Part shown: one piece after another, positions 49,191 through 58,245 of the stretch
How positions within the stretch are numbered: position 1 is the first letter of the stretch
Layout: each line of letters starts with the position of its first letter
Origin: a virus
Taxonomy: Duplodnaviria > Caudoviricetes
Length of the DNA: 64,000 nucleotides
Direction: 5' to 3' (one strand)
IMG/VR virus record: IMGVR_UViG_3300036802_000112
Span: 96,001 to 160,000 of that record
Translations under genes and position numbers: made by a program
The notes under the pieces: generated by a model
Told to the model about the DNA's origin: nothing
Seen by the model: only the letters and a program-made list of their open reading frames with translations
Databases searched by the model: none

Positions 49191-49715
49191 TCACCCCTCT
49201 TCGTTAATTGGTGTAAATCCTGTTGTACTTGATGAATCCCAACCGCTAACAGGATCTTCTTTAACAAATTTATTTAATGCATCAAATCTGCTTTGCGACT
49301 CCCACCCACTAAAGACTTCATCCATTTCAGGAGATGCTACAGGAATCGAGGCTTCATGATCAGCTTCAATATCACTAACGATACATTCGTTAGGTAAGAT
49401 ATCCATAAGGTCATTCCACATCTCAGGGAAGTCCTCTGCATCGATTTCCCCTCGAAGCCCTTCGATATCTTTCATTTCCTGTACCATTTTGTACGCTTCT
49501 GGATTCGTAAACATCAATAAGTTTTCGAAATGAACATTGAAATTTTCTACCCAAAATTCATTCAACATTTTAATCATTTCCCACTTATCTTCGTTTGTCT
49601 TTTTCTTATCCCGCATAGCTTGTTCGTACAATATCCTTAGTTCAAGGAAGTCCATATCGAGAAATCGCTTCTCCAAGGCGTGTCCGCCATAGTGAGAAGC
49701 GACTGTATTCCTCAT
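49191..49715 (-). CDS. Tail assembly chaperone, frameshift extension (gpT-like)
   Basis: No SD before ATG; frame is open back to the A AAA AAG slippery site at the end of the upstream gene. Confidence 0.7.
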   Translation of the reverse strand: MRNTVASHYGGHALEKRFLDMDFLELRILYEQAMRDKKKTNEDKWEMIKMLNEFWVENFNVHFENLLMFTNPEAYKMVQEMKDIEGLRGEIDAEDFPEMWNDLMDILPNECIVSDIEADHEASIPVASPEMDEVFSGWESQSRFDALNKFVKEDPVSGWDSSSTTGFTPINEEG

Positions 49716-49735
49716 ATGCCAAATAGGGTCGTCTA

Positions 49736-50170
49736 TTACTTTTTTACATTTTCGTCCAAATCTTCAAACATCGCATTACGTTTTTCGATAAGTTTATTGT
49801 ACTCCCCGACGATTTGGTCGTACATTTTACCTTCTAAAGTAGATAACTCTTCACGGAATTCCATTCGTTGTTCAAATTGTTTTTCTACAGGTAGTGTCTC
49901 ATCTACTGGAGATTTACCATTAACCTTTCGAACTGCGTATGCCATTTGAGATAGAGAACGTTGTTTTCCAATGCTATCCCCTAGCACTTGGAAACGATCA
50001 TCAGCACCGAACTTCTCCTTTAACTCTTTAAAATTCACTAACGCATCAGCTAAGAAAAGTTCTTCCGTAGTAAGTAGTTCCATTTCAAACTTAATTCCAC
50101 GAAGTGTGAACTCGTGTGTAATTTTACCTTCTTTTGCTAAACTTTCAATTGCATCTTTAACTAAACTCAT
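49736..50170 (-). CDS. Tail assembly chaperone (gpG-like)
   Basis: Between tube and tape measure; AAGGAGG SD favours start at about 50170. Confidence 0.75.
   Translation of the reverse strand: MSLVKDAIESLAKEGKITHEFTLRGIKFEMELLTTEELFLADALVNFKELKEKFGADDRFQVLGDSIGKQRSLSQMAYAVRKVNGKSPVDETLPVEKQFEQRMEFREELSTLEGKMYDQIVGEYNKLIEKRNAMFEDLDENVKK
49739..49745 (-). other. Programmed -1 ribosomal frameshift site A AAA AAG
   Basis: GTA AAA AAG TAA; the -1 frame reads KKVIDDPIWHMRNTV into the next ORF. Confidence 0.8.
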
Positions 50171-50217
50171 ATTCATATTCCTCCTTAGATTTACTAACTC
50201 CATTATACACAACAAAC

Positions 50218-50251
50218 AAAAAGAAGTGCACTAAGCTAGTGCACTTCTTTT
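50218..50251 (-). terminator. Rho-independent terminator after the tail tube gene
   Basis: AAAAGAAGTGCACTA-agc-TAGTGCACTTCTTTT. Confidence 0.8.
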
Positions 50252-50253
50252 GA

Positions 50254-50829
50254 TTATTGCAGGTTAAATGTAACTTTAGGGATTGTTGTGTACATGATAT
50301 TTAATTGCTCAAATACCACAACTCCACCAGCAGAAATCGATTCTGAACGAGATTGAATCTGACAACCACGGAATAAGATTGTAGATACAGCCTTCGTAGC
50401 TTGCGTTGCATCCTCTAATACTGGATACTTTGCCATCATTAAATCGAATGGATGGTTGACGTCACGAATACTACGTAAGATTTGATCATTCGTTAAGTTC
50501 GTTTTATCAACACCATGATAGATAGCATTCAGTAAGTCTACACCGTTTAATAATACACGTTGTAGACTGATTTGACCTTGTGTTAAGCCCGGGATGATGA
50601 TTGGAGCATCAGAACCTAACTCGAAGATCATTTGCAATTGCTTTGTTTCACTATGTGACATACCTTGAATCAACCCGATAGCTTTCATACTAACTTGAGT
50701 TGATTGAGTTGGTGTAGGGCCTGCATAAATTACCGTACGGTCAGCACGAGTAAAGTTTTTCTCAGCCACACCACCTTGAATATTCTTATCATGGTAGTCC
50801 CACTTTGGTACTGTAATACCGTTTGACAT
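50254..50829 (-). CDS. Tail tube protein
   Basis: IGLIQGMS...IFELGS...IIPG; follows the sheath gene. Confidence 0.8.
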   Translation of the reverse strand: MSNGITVPKWDYHDKNIQGGVAEKNFTRADRTVIYAGPTPTQSTQVSMKAIGLIQGMSHSETKQLQMIFELGSDAPIIIPGLTQGQISLQRVLLNGVDLLNAIYHGVDKTNLTNDQILRSIRDVNHPFDLMMAKYPVLEDATQATKAVSTILFRGCQIQSRSESISAGGVVVFEQLNIMYTTIPKVTFNLQ

Positions 50830-50847
50830 AGTAGCTCACCTCACCTA

Positions 50848-52347
50848 TTAAATTTGGATATAAACATCTAAGTTATTCGCAGGGTATGCAGGAGTCATTT
50901 TTAAACGAGTAACTAAGTTACGTTCGTTTTTACGCTCCGAAGTAGATGGTCCCGTTTGGCGCATCTGCCAGCCTACTACAACCTTGATATCTCGCGCAAG
51001 ACCTAATTCCTTACACTCTTCGATAGCGCTTGTCAGCGTACCGTCTAAGCGTTCCATGAATCCATCAGTGATATTGTTTTTACCGCTGTATGGTTTTAAA
51101 CGGTCACGAAGTCGTTTTACAACAACGTCAAAGTTTTTAATCATAGAATACTCTTGTTCCTCTGCACGTTCACTCTGAGCAGTTGTAAGCTGATGACGGA
51201 TGATTAAAGGACCATTCGTTTCCTCTTGGTACACAATAAACACACCGCGCTTAGCTAACTCATCCCATTGACGAGGACGGTACTTAGGAGCATTTACACG
51301 ATAAAACACACCTGGAATTTCTCGTAAAGAAAGTGGATCTACAGGACCAACAACGGAATCTAAAGCTACAATAGCAGCATTTACGAAGAAACCTGGAAGA
51401 CCACTATACACAACACCACTTTGTAAGATATCAACTGTTTTTGCACAGAAGATGTTGTTTACTCGAACGTTGTTTAGAGACTCCGATAATCCACCAACTT
51501 TATCAATAAGCTCGTCCATATCGTTAAGGTTATTGATTTTGCCCATATCGTACCCAGTGAACCCAACAGTTTCTCGGCGGTCATTCGGATTAGAGATAGC
51601 TGATACAAAAGCATTCAATGCATTCGTAACCTCTTGGTCGTCACTTAGAGGGCATAAACGATACGCATTCTTCTTGTAGTAAACTTTCTCCATAATCTTA
51701 ATGATGTCTTCTTTCGTTGCTTTTTCACCGAATTTACGAGGCACTTCTAAATAGTAGAAATACGGGCAACCGATACGGAAAGCAATCTCTGCTGCAATCG
51801 CAATATCATTTGTGATTTTAACACCGTTTTCTTCTAAAATAAATGAACCAAAAATCTCTTGTGCATAATAACGATCTTCCATTCCAACGATTCGAAGGTC
51901 GAAATCCTCTTCTTTGTTTTCAATGTTTAATGCAACATTGAACATTAAGTCCGCACTTGTTACAGCCGTTTCATTAACGATTTCTAATTCGATGTCTAAT
52001 ACAACAGAATTAGTTGAAATCTTAGTGATGGATGTAACTTTGTAATCTGTATCCTTCTTCAATACAGTTGGTCCATCCGTTTTTACTACGCTGATTTCTT
52101 CCAACGTAAATTCAGTTTCCTTGAACACTTGCAAGTTAACTGCCTTCTGAACAGAAACAGATAACTTTAATTTTGGATAGTCTTTGTTAGCTGCTTTCAC
52201 GTTCTCAATTTTAACGCTACGTTTTAGTGACGTCATACCTGTTCCGATATACACCGGATGGAATTCAGTAATAGCATTTGATTCCGTTTGTGGTTGGCGC
52301 TCGATCATTACATTCGTGCCTGGAGAAATATAATCTTTATATGCCAC
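50848..52347 (-). CDS. Tail sheath protein
   Basis: N-terminal YISPG, IRHQLTT, C-terminal PAYPANNLDVYI. Confidence 0.85.
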   Translation of the reverse strand: MAYKDYISPGTNVMIERQPQTESNAITEFHPVYIGTGMTSLKRSVKIENVKAANKDYPKLKLSVSVQKAVNLQVFKETEFTLEEISVVKTDGPTVLKKDTDYKVTSITKISTNSVVLDIELEIVNETAVTSADLMFNVALNIENKEEDFDLRIVGMEDRYYAQEIFGSFILEENGVKITNDIAIAAEIAFRIGCPYFYYLEVPRKFGEKATKEDIIKIMEKVYYKKNAYRLCPLSDDQEVTNALNAFVSAISNPNDRRETVGFTGYDMGKINNLNDMDELIDKVGGLSESLNNVRVNNIFCAKTVDILQSGVVYSGLPGFFVNAAIVALDSVVGPVDPLSLREIPGVFYRVNAPKYRPRQWDELAKRGVFIVYQEETNGPLIIRHQLTTAQSERAEEQEYSMIKNFDVVVKRLRDRLKPYSGKNNITDGFMERLDGTLTSAIEECKELGLARDIKVVVGWQMRQTGPSTSERKNERNLVTRLKMTPAYPANNLDVYIQI

Positions 52348-52414
52348 TACAATTCAACTCCCTTTCTTAAAATATTTACTATTTAAATTGTAAAACACAT
52401 TGAGAAATAAATCA

Positions 52415-53206
52415 CTACTTATTACTATTTCCTTCAACCCATTCTTGGTAAACTCTTATGCCAGGTGACTCAACTTCATAAGGTAGCATCCCATTCGGGT
52501 TTTCACTTTCTTTTCGATTACCCTCTATATCAAGATAACCTGTTCTTGCATTCTTATCTTGGACAACAGCACCAACTCCCGGAGGTCTGTAATCACTAAT
52601 CTCGTCATCTGGATCTGGCGGTTCTATTTCTGGATTCACAATAATTTCTTCCGTGTCTCCTGTAGACTTCGTATTCTCCCAAGGAACATCGATGATAAAC
52701 TGAACCGTAGTTTGATAGATTCCTTTATCCCCTCTGTATTCATCAGTTTCAGATACTTGTGCACCATTCATGATAAGTCCTAATTCACTGTACATACTCT
52801 TACAAGCAAATAAACAAATGTCTGCTAGTTCGTCAGCTAAGTCACTTGATTCTTCCTCGGTAAAAGCATGAACTAAGACCACAATAGTAGGGGAAATCAT
52901 TTTAAAATACTTCGTACCCACTATCGCCCCAGTAGAATCAGTCGCATAACCTGACATGTTATTATTTAACATATCATTAAATCCTTTTTGGTATCCACCT
53001 GCTTTAATAATAAAACGAGGTTGTTTACCATGATCAGTAGGATTACCATAAGACGGATAAATTTGAAGTCCCGTTTTAGAATCGTCGTCATTATACGTAT
53101 AGACAGGATGATTCTCGTAAATAGCACGAGTCGCTGTAAGGAATCGTTCTGTTAATTCCTTCTTAAATAAATTCAACTCAGGAAAGATTAACCTTTTATT
53201 CCCCAT
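52415..53206 (-). CDS. Tail terminator/completion protein (putative)
   Basis: Position before the sheath gene; HAFTEEESSDLAD pattern. Confidence 0.55.
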   Translation of the reverse strand: MGNKRLIFPELNLFKKELTERFLTATRAIYENHPVYTYNDDDSKTGLQIYPSYGNPTDHGKQPRFIIKAGGYQKGFNDMLNNNMSGYATDSTGAIVGTKYFKMISPTIVVLVHAFTEEESSDLADELADICLFACKSMYSELGLIMNGAQVSETDEYRGDKGIYQTTVQFIIDVPWENTKSTGDTEEIIVNPEIEPPDPDDEISDYRPPGVGAVVQDKNARTGYLDIEGNRKESENPNGMLPYEVESPGIRVYQEWVEGNSNK

Positions 53207-53942
53207 CGTAATCCACCTCGACTTGATATATAGGATCTCCTCTTTCAATCGGTATCAGATTTAGAAGTTGTCTCATTACGTAACGAGACTTCGTTCTAGG
53301 AGTTACCTGATTAATTCTGTAGCGATGATTCATGATATCTACAATTACATCACCCGGCATAACGAGAGGGTAGTTTGCTATCCAAGCATTCACAGGAGTC
53401 GCAGTTACCTCGTCACCATCAAGCATTCCCGATTCATCCACTTGAGAACTAATATCTGTAGAAATCATTGTCTTGATAGGAGGGAAATAACCACCCTTTA
53501 TTATCCCTGTACCATTACAAACTTCGCAATTTGCCCAGCGAACACGTTTTGTAATTGGATTCCAACACTCAGGACATTCCCCTCCATCACGTCTTTGTAT
53601 TAAAACAAAAACAGGAGGATTCTTCATTACCCTCAAGGCAGTACGCGCTTCGTAAATTACTACATCAGCAATCGTATCTTTTGGTTGATAACGTAACGTA
53701 TCCACTTCACTTTCATCAACTTTTTCACCGTTTATATATCCATCGATACGATAGTAATATCTTAACGCATGATTATAAAAGTTAACTGTTTTATCAACAT
53801 AGTGGTTAATCGTGATATCTTCCGCAATCATTTCGAATTCATCTTGAGGGGAAAGGGAACGGAAGACTTTAAATGAGTCTCCTTTTACATCTGACCACTC
53901 TATATATAATTCTCTTGAATGCAGAGGCACTGTCTTTAACAT
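53196..53942 (-). CDS. Neck/head-closure protein with zinc finger
   Basis: CPECW...CEVCNGTG; Ig/FN3-like N-terminus. Confidence 0.55.
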   Translation of the reverse strand: MLKTVPLHSRELYIEWSDVKGDSFKVFRSLSPQDEFEMIAEDITINHYVDKTVNFYNHALRYYYRIDGYINGEKVDESEVDTLRYQPKDTIADVVIYEARTALRVMKNPPVFVLIQRRDGGECPECWNPITKRVRWANCEVCNGTGIIKGGYFPPIKTMISTDISSQVDESGMLDGDEVTATPVNAWIANYPLVMPGDVIVDIMNHRYRINQVTPRTKSRYVMRQLLNLIPIERGDPIYQVEVDYDGE

Positions 53943-53944
53943 AA

Positions 53945-54379
53945 CTAGTACCTCCACCCCATCGGACTACCAAGACCCCTAAAGCGAGGTACTTGTCCTC
54001 TTTTGAAATCACTTAGTTTACGTTGATAGTCAACAATCTCTTGTTGCATCCAACCTTGATAGTGACCTGACTTGTCATTTAAATTGACAGAGAAACCAGC
54101 ATCGCTATAACTTACTTGGTTACGAAGATGAAGAAGTCCTCTTGCTCGGAACATAAATAACGTTGCGCCATCTAATAACAAACTTGTCTTTGGAAATTCT
54201 TCAAGTCTAAAGTTATTACGTGGTTCTTCCTCATTAATGTTAGCTAGTGACTCTAAGATATAACCTTCCAGTTGTTCATCATTAAATTCTAAGTTACCTT
54301 CTAAGATGTTTTTAATCGGATCAGTGTCGTAGATTCGTAAACGAAACCTTTTAATAAGGCCTTCCATTAATTCCGACAT
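53945..54379 (-). CDS. Head-tail adaptor (neck) protein
   Basis: RNQVSYSDAGFSV; position after the capsid gene. Confidence 0.6.
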   Translation of the reverse strand: MSELMEGLIKRFRLRIYDTDPIKNILEGNLEFNDEQLEGYILESLANINEEEPRNNFRLEEFPKTSLLLDGATLFMFRARGLLHLRNQVSYSDAGFSVNLNDKSGHYQGWMQQEIVDYQRKLSDFKRGQVPRFRGLGSPMGWRY

Positions 54380-54390
54380 ACTATCACCCC

Positions 54391-54813
54391 TTATTCAGCT
54401 TCAACAGCAACAGGTTCGAAACCAAAGTGAGTTAATAAAGCATTTGTCACTTCTGGAGCACCCGAACGACTATGCACACCTAAGTCTAATTCATTGTCTT
54501 TCATAAACTTTAATGCATCTTTCTTAGACAGCCCTTTAATTTCTTCTTCTGTTAAAGTTTTTGGTTCTACTTTAACTTCCTCTTTTACCTCTTCAACAAT
54601 TTTGGTTTCCTGTACTTCTTCTACAGTATCTGTAATTGCAGAAATTTCGATTACACCTTGCTTGTGTAAAGAGTTAGCTAAGTCTAAATCTTTTTGTGTC
54701 TTAAATGTAATCGGCTGCGGTATATTCGGCTCTACCACGATACGAGCTAACGCAAGAGCGATTTTCGCCTTATTCGTTACTAATAGTGTTTCTGTAATTT
54801 TTGATTTTGACAT
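54391..54813 (-). CDS. Hypothetical virion-module protein with C-terminal HeH/Rho-N-like motif
   Basis: GGAGGTG SD favours start at 54813; LSKKDALKFMKDNEL. Confidence 0.55.
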   Translation of the reverse strand: MSKSKITETLLVTNKAKIALALARIVVEPNIPQPITFKTQKDLDLANSLHKQGVIEISAITDTVEEVQETKIVEEVKEEVKVEPKTLTEEEIKGLSKKDALKFMKDNELDLGVHSRSGAPEVTNALLTHFGFEPVAVEAE

Positions 54814-54848
54814 AATAAAAAACACCTCCACAGTCATTATAGCATAAG

Positions 54849-54881
54849 AAAAAGCGAGACTCGTCATAAGTCTCGCTTTTT
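54849..54881 (-). terminator. Terminator after the major capsid gene
   Basis: AAAAAGCGAGACT...AGTCTCGCTTTTT. Confidence 0.75.
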
Positions 54882-54898
54882 CAATATATTTATGCAGC

Positions 54899-55816
54899 TT
54901 ACGCTTTTGCTTTACCAATCTCTAGACGAGCGATAGCTTTTGCATCGTGAATGAACATTCCGATGAACTCGTAAGCAAATACTTCTTTATCCTTTGTTTC
55001 AGGGATACGTTGAACATCCATCGTGATGTCACGAAGGATTGGCATACGTCCAAGAACTTCTTTAGGAGAAAGACCATAGATGAATTTTTCATCAACGATG
55101 ATACCAGTAACCATTTTGATGCCGCCCCAAATTGTAGGAAGCTCACCAGTTTCTAATACTGTACGTTGAGAAACTTCATCAAGATCTTCTTCGCCCCATA
55201 GTAAGAAGTCATCGTAAGTAGCAGGGTTCATTAAGTAAGAAGAGAACGCTACGTTGTTACGAGAGAAGATTTTCTTAATTGCAAGTAAACCAGCTTTTGT
55301 AACAGAAGTTTCAGCTTGGAATACTTGTTGAGCAGGAACGCTATCGACAAGTAAGTTAGCAACGCGTAAGAATTCTTTATCTTCCACTTTCGCCATTTCT
55401 TGTCCTGCTTTTTCTTGCGTACGACGCATTAAGTCGTAAGGTTGTGTATCAAGATCCCATTGAGTGATCGTTAAGCGAGGTGTTGCGATTTCATAGAAAT
55501 CAACTTTAACAGTATCGCCTTTGATGATTAAACTTGGAACCTCAGATTCACGAGGCATTACAGCAGCAGTTGCTTCAACGTCTTTAGAGTATACAACGAA
55601 TACTTCTTCGTTAATACGAACTAAGTCTTCTGGAGATACATCTGTTACAGTGATTACGTCACGTACGAAACCTTCGTAGTCACGAACAACTTGGATGAAT
55701 TCAGGCATTTTTTCTTTTGCGTAACGCTCGAATCCTTCCGATTGTTTCAGCAATTCTTTTAAGTCATATTCTTCTTCGCGCATTTCGCGTCCCATGCGTG
55801 GTTCATGTAATGGCAT
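54899..55816 (-). CDS. Major capsid protein (HK97 fold, compact encapsulin-like size)
   Basis: 305 aa; spine-helix-like KAGQEMAKVEDKEFL; C-terminal AYEFIGMFIHDAKAIARL; followed by a terminator. Confidence 0.8.
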   Translation of the reverse strand: MPLHEPRMGREMREEEYDLKELLKQSEGFERYAKEKMPEFIQVVRDYEGFVRDVITVTDVSPEDLVRINEEVFVVYSKDVEATAAVMPRESEVPSLIIKGDTVKVDFYEIATPRLTITQWDLDTQPYDLMRRTQEKAGQEMAKVEDKEFLRVANLLVDSVPAQQVFQAETSVTKAGLLAIKKIFSRNNVAFSSYLMNPATYDDFLLWGEEDLDEVSQRTVLETGELPTIWGGIKMVTGIIVDEKFIYGLSPKEVLGRMPILRDITMDVQRIPETKDKEVFAYEFIGMFIHDAKAIARLEIGKAKA

Positions 55817-55849
55817 TTTTATAGCCCCTTTCCAACTGTTTTATTTTTA

Positions 55850-56296
55850 TTAGCCTTCGTAGCGAAGGAATGGATATTCCTGAGTAGGAATTTTAGTTAC
55901 AGTACCGATAATTAAGTGTGCTTTTGTAGTATCCGTAGCTGGAACTGCAAGGCCTTTTTTACCAGAAGTAATAGGTTGACCGAATGTGAATGATGCTGTT
56001 TTATCATATTGATCTGTACCTAATTCGTAGTTACCTTTTAGACATGTAATCATGCCCACACGACTTACGTTATCGCGACCTTCTAAAAGTTCACCTTGTA
56101 AACCGCGGCCTTTACCTGCGTAACGTGCGTTTAATGTTGGGAATGCAGGGCGAGTACCATCAGCATATTCCCACTCACCTGAATCATTTAAGTGGAATAA
56201 TTGACCAGGTTGTACTTCTGTTACTTTTGCGCTTACTTTGTTACCAGATAAGCGGTGTGCTTTTTGATAATAAATATTCATTCTATCAAGTGCCAT
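55850..56296 (-). CDS. Head decoration/cement protein (putative)
   Basis: 148 aa Gly-rich beta protein immediately upstream of the capsid gene. Confidence 0.6.
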   Translation of the reverse strand: MALDRMNIYYQKAHRLSGNKVSAKVTEVQPGQLFHLNDSGEWEYADGTRPAFPTLNARYAGKGRGLQGELLEGRDNVSRVGMITCLKGNYELGTDQYDKTASFTFGQPITSGKKGLAVPATDTTKAHLIIGTVTKIPTQEYPFLRYEG

Positions 56297-56316
56297 GTTT
56301 CGTATCCTCCCTTTAA

Positions 56317-57537
56317 CTAGTGTTTGTTCAATTCTTTTGCCGCTTCGCCGATAGTTTGTCCTCGTTTGGATAAACCATTTTCAGCGGTGCCAACATAAGA
56401 ATCAACTCCATTACTATTATAATCTACTAAAACGCCCAAACTTGCAAGTCCTTCTTCTTGATTCTGCGCTTGTTTAATTAACATATCGTAAAGTTTCAAT
56501 TGATCTTCACTTGCTGTTTTTAATTCTCCAAAGCGCTCATTGTATTCAGACTGTTTAATCATCTGTAGTTCAAGCATTTTTCCGACCATATCGAAAGCTA
56601 CTTTCTCACGTTTTTCATCAAACATTTGTTGTTTGTAGAAAGAAAAATCAGAAGCAGTTTTATCTAATTCTCTTTGAACCTTAGATAATTCTTTTCGGAC
56701 TCCCATTTTTTCTTCACGTTCGTACGCAGCTTCCTTTTGTAATAAGTGATTCTCACTTGTTAGGCTATCAATTTCAGCAGCACTCTTTTCGAGGTTTTCT
56801 TCAAGTTGAGCAATCTTATTCATAGAAGCTTGCTTGTCCAACTCTAAAGACATAATTTCCTCTTTTAATATACCACGAACTTCCATACCGTCGCTATTAT
56901 TTTCCGCAACTTTCATGGTTTGAGGTTGTTGTTCCTCTTTATTTTCGTTGCCATACATCTTTTCACCGACATATGCAGTAGCTAAGAATGGAGAAACAAC
57001 TTTCGTTGTATTCGTGACAGGACCCATTAATGAAGGTCTTCTATCTTGACCACCAGAGCCTTCGAACAATTGCGAGACACTTCCGTCTGCATTTGTTTTT
57101 TCACCTACCGCTATCCCCCTTCCTTGTTCACCTACTGGTGTAGAGAAGAATTTACCTCTCGCTTTTTCAGGGTTCTTTCCGGCTAGATGTTTACCTGCCC
57201 ATGTATCAGCGGCAATCGTTTTATCTTTTAGATAAGCCATACCATCTTTTGCTTTTTGTTGAATCTTTTCACCTTTAGGAAGAAACTTCATAGCCCCGAT
57301 ACCTGCATCTAAAACAAGTCCATTAGACTCTCTATCCATTTCTTCTCTTTGTATCTTTTTAATCTTGTCTCCATCGTACATTCGAACAGGACCGTTAGCT
57401 TTACCAACTTCCTTTTCAGCGTTCATTACAAATTTACCAAGATTCGTACCATTGCTTGCACCACGTCCTAAAAACCTTCCGAAGAAAGCTTCTTTTTCGA
57501 GAAAGGCGTGATTACTTAAATCTATATTACTCATCAA
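56317..57537 (-). CDS. Scaffold/prohead core protein with K-x-A motifs
   Basis: Coiled coil; EKEAF, DKQAS, EKSAA, QKEAA, DKTAS, EKVAF, LKTAS. Confidence 0.65.
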   Translation of the reverse strand: MMSNIDLSNHAFLEKEAFFGRFLGRGASNGTNLGKFVMNAEKEVGKANGPVRMYDGDKIKKIQREEMDRESNGLVLDAGIGAMKFLPKGEKIQQKAKDGMAYLKDKTIAADTWAGKHLAGKNPEKARGKFFSTPVGEQGRGIAVGEKTNADGSVSQLFEGSGGQDRRPSLMGPVTNTTKVVSPFLATAYVGEKMYGNENKEEQQPQTMKVAENNSDGMEVRGILKEEIMSLELDKQASMNKIAQLEENLEKSAAEIDSLTSENHLLQKEAAYEREEKMGVRKELSKVQRELDKTASDFSFYKQQMFDEKREKVAFDMVGKMLELQMIKQSEYNERFGELKTASEDQLKLYDMLIKQAQNQEEGLASLGVLVDYNSNGVDSYVGTAENGLSKRGQTIGEAAKELNKH

Positions 57538-57567
57538 AGTACCTCCCCTCTTTATACATATTATACG

Positions 57568-58245
57568 TTACTTCAAGTAAGCGCGTAATCCTTCAACTAA
57601 AATCTTAGAATCTTTTATTTCATATGCAAGAGAAGGGTTGTTTCTATCCTTAATCATATTTACAATCGCATCTGCAATTTGTTGCTTATTATAAGGACGA
57701 AGAACTGTTGTTAAATCTCCAGCTTGTTTAATAATAGATAACTTCAAGCGGTCAGCTTCATAAGGACTTAACATCACTTCTTCCACTAAGCGATTCTTAA
57801 TATACTCTGTTAAGTCTTTATTGCTACTCATTCTCATATTAACCATTCCGAGTGGAGATTTTAGAGAACCAGGATTTGTTGCAACTTCACTTCCCATTGC
57901 ATCAACAATACCTTCAATGATTTTCCCTTGATCACCTTGAAAGCGATTTTGGATTCTGTCAGAGTGCGTAATAACACGAGAAGAAAGTTCGTGAGCCATA
58001 CCATCAGAAACCCCTAATCGTTGAGCAATTAAATTCTTTGTGTTATCAAACAAATCAAGACCTCTAGATAAGAAAGCTTCTTTTGTCATATGACTTGCTG
58101 TTTTTTCAAGCGAGTCTGGAATCAGACCCGCTTGTTTTTCTAGGTATTCACGTACACCTTGATTATCTTCTTGTGCCAATTTACCTAAAGATAACTCTTC
58201 TTTTTTAGCACGATTGGAATTCATTAAAATATCATAATTACGCAT
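57568..58245 (-). CDS. Internal head protein with K-x-A motifs
   Basis: GKLAQ, EKQAG, EKTAS, TKEAF clustered in the N-terminal leader. Confidence 0.55.
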   Translation of the reverse strand: MRNYDILMNSNRAKKEELSLGKLAQEDNQGVREYLEKQAGLIPDSLEKTASHMTKEAFLSRGLDLFDNTKNLIAQRLGVSDGMAHELSSRVITHSDRIQNRFQGDQGKIIEGIVDAMGSEVATNPGSLKSPLGMVNMRMSSNKDLTEYIKNRLVEEVMLSPYEADRLKLSIIKQAGDLTTVLRPYNKQQIADAIVNMIKDRNNPSLAYEIKDSKILVEGLRAYLK

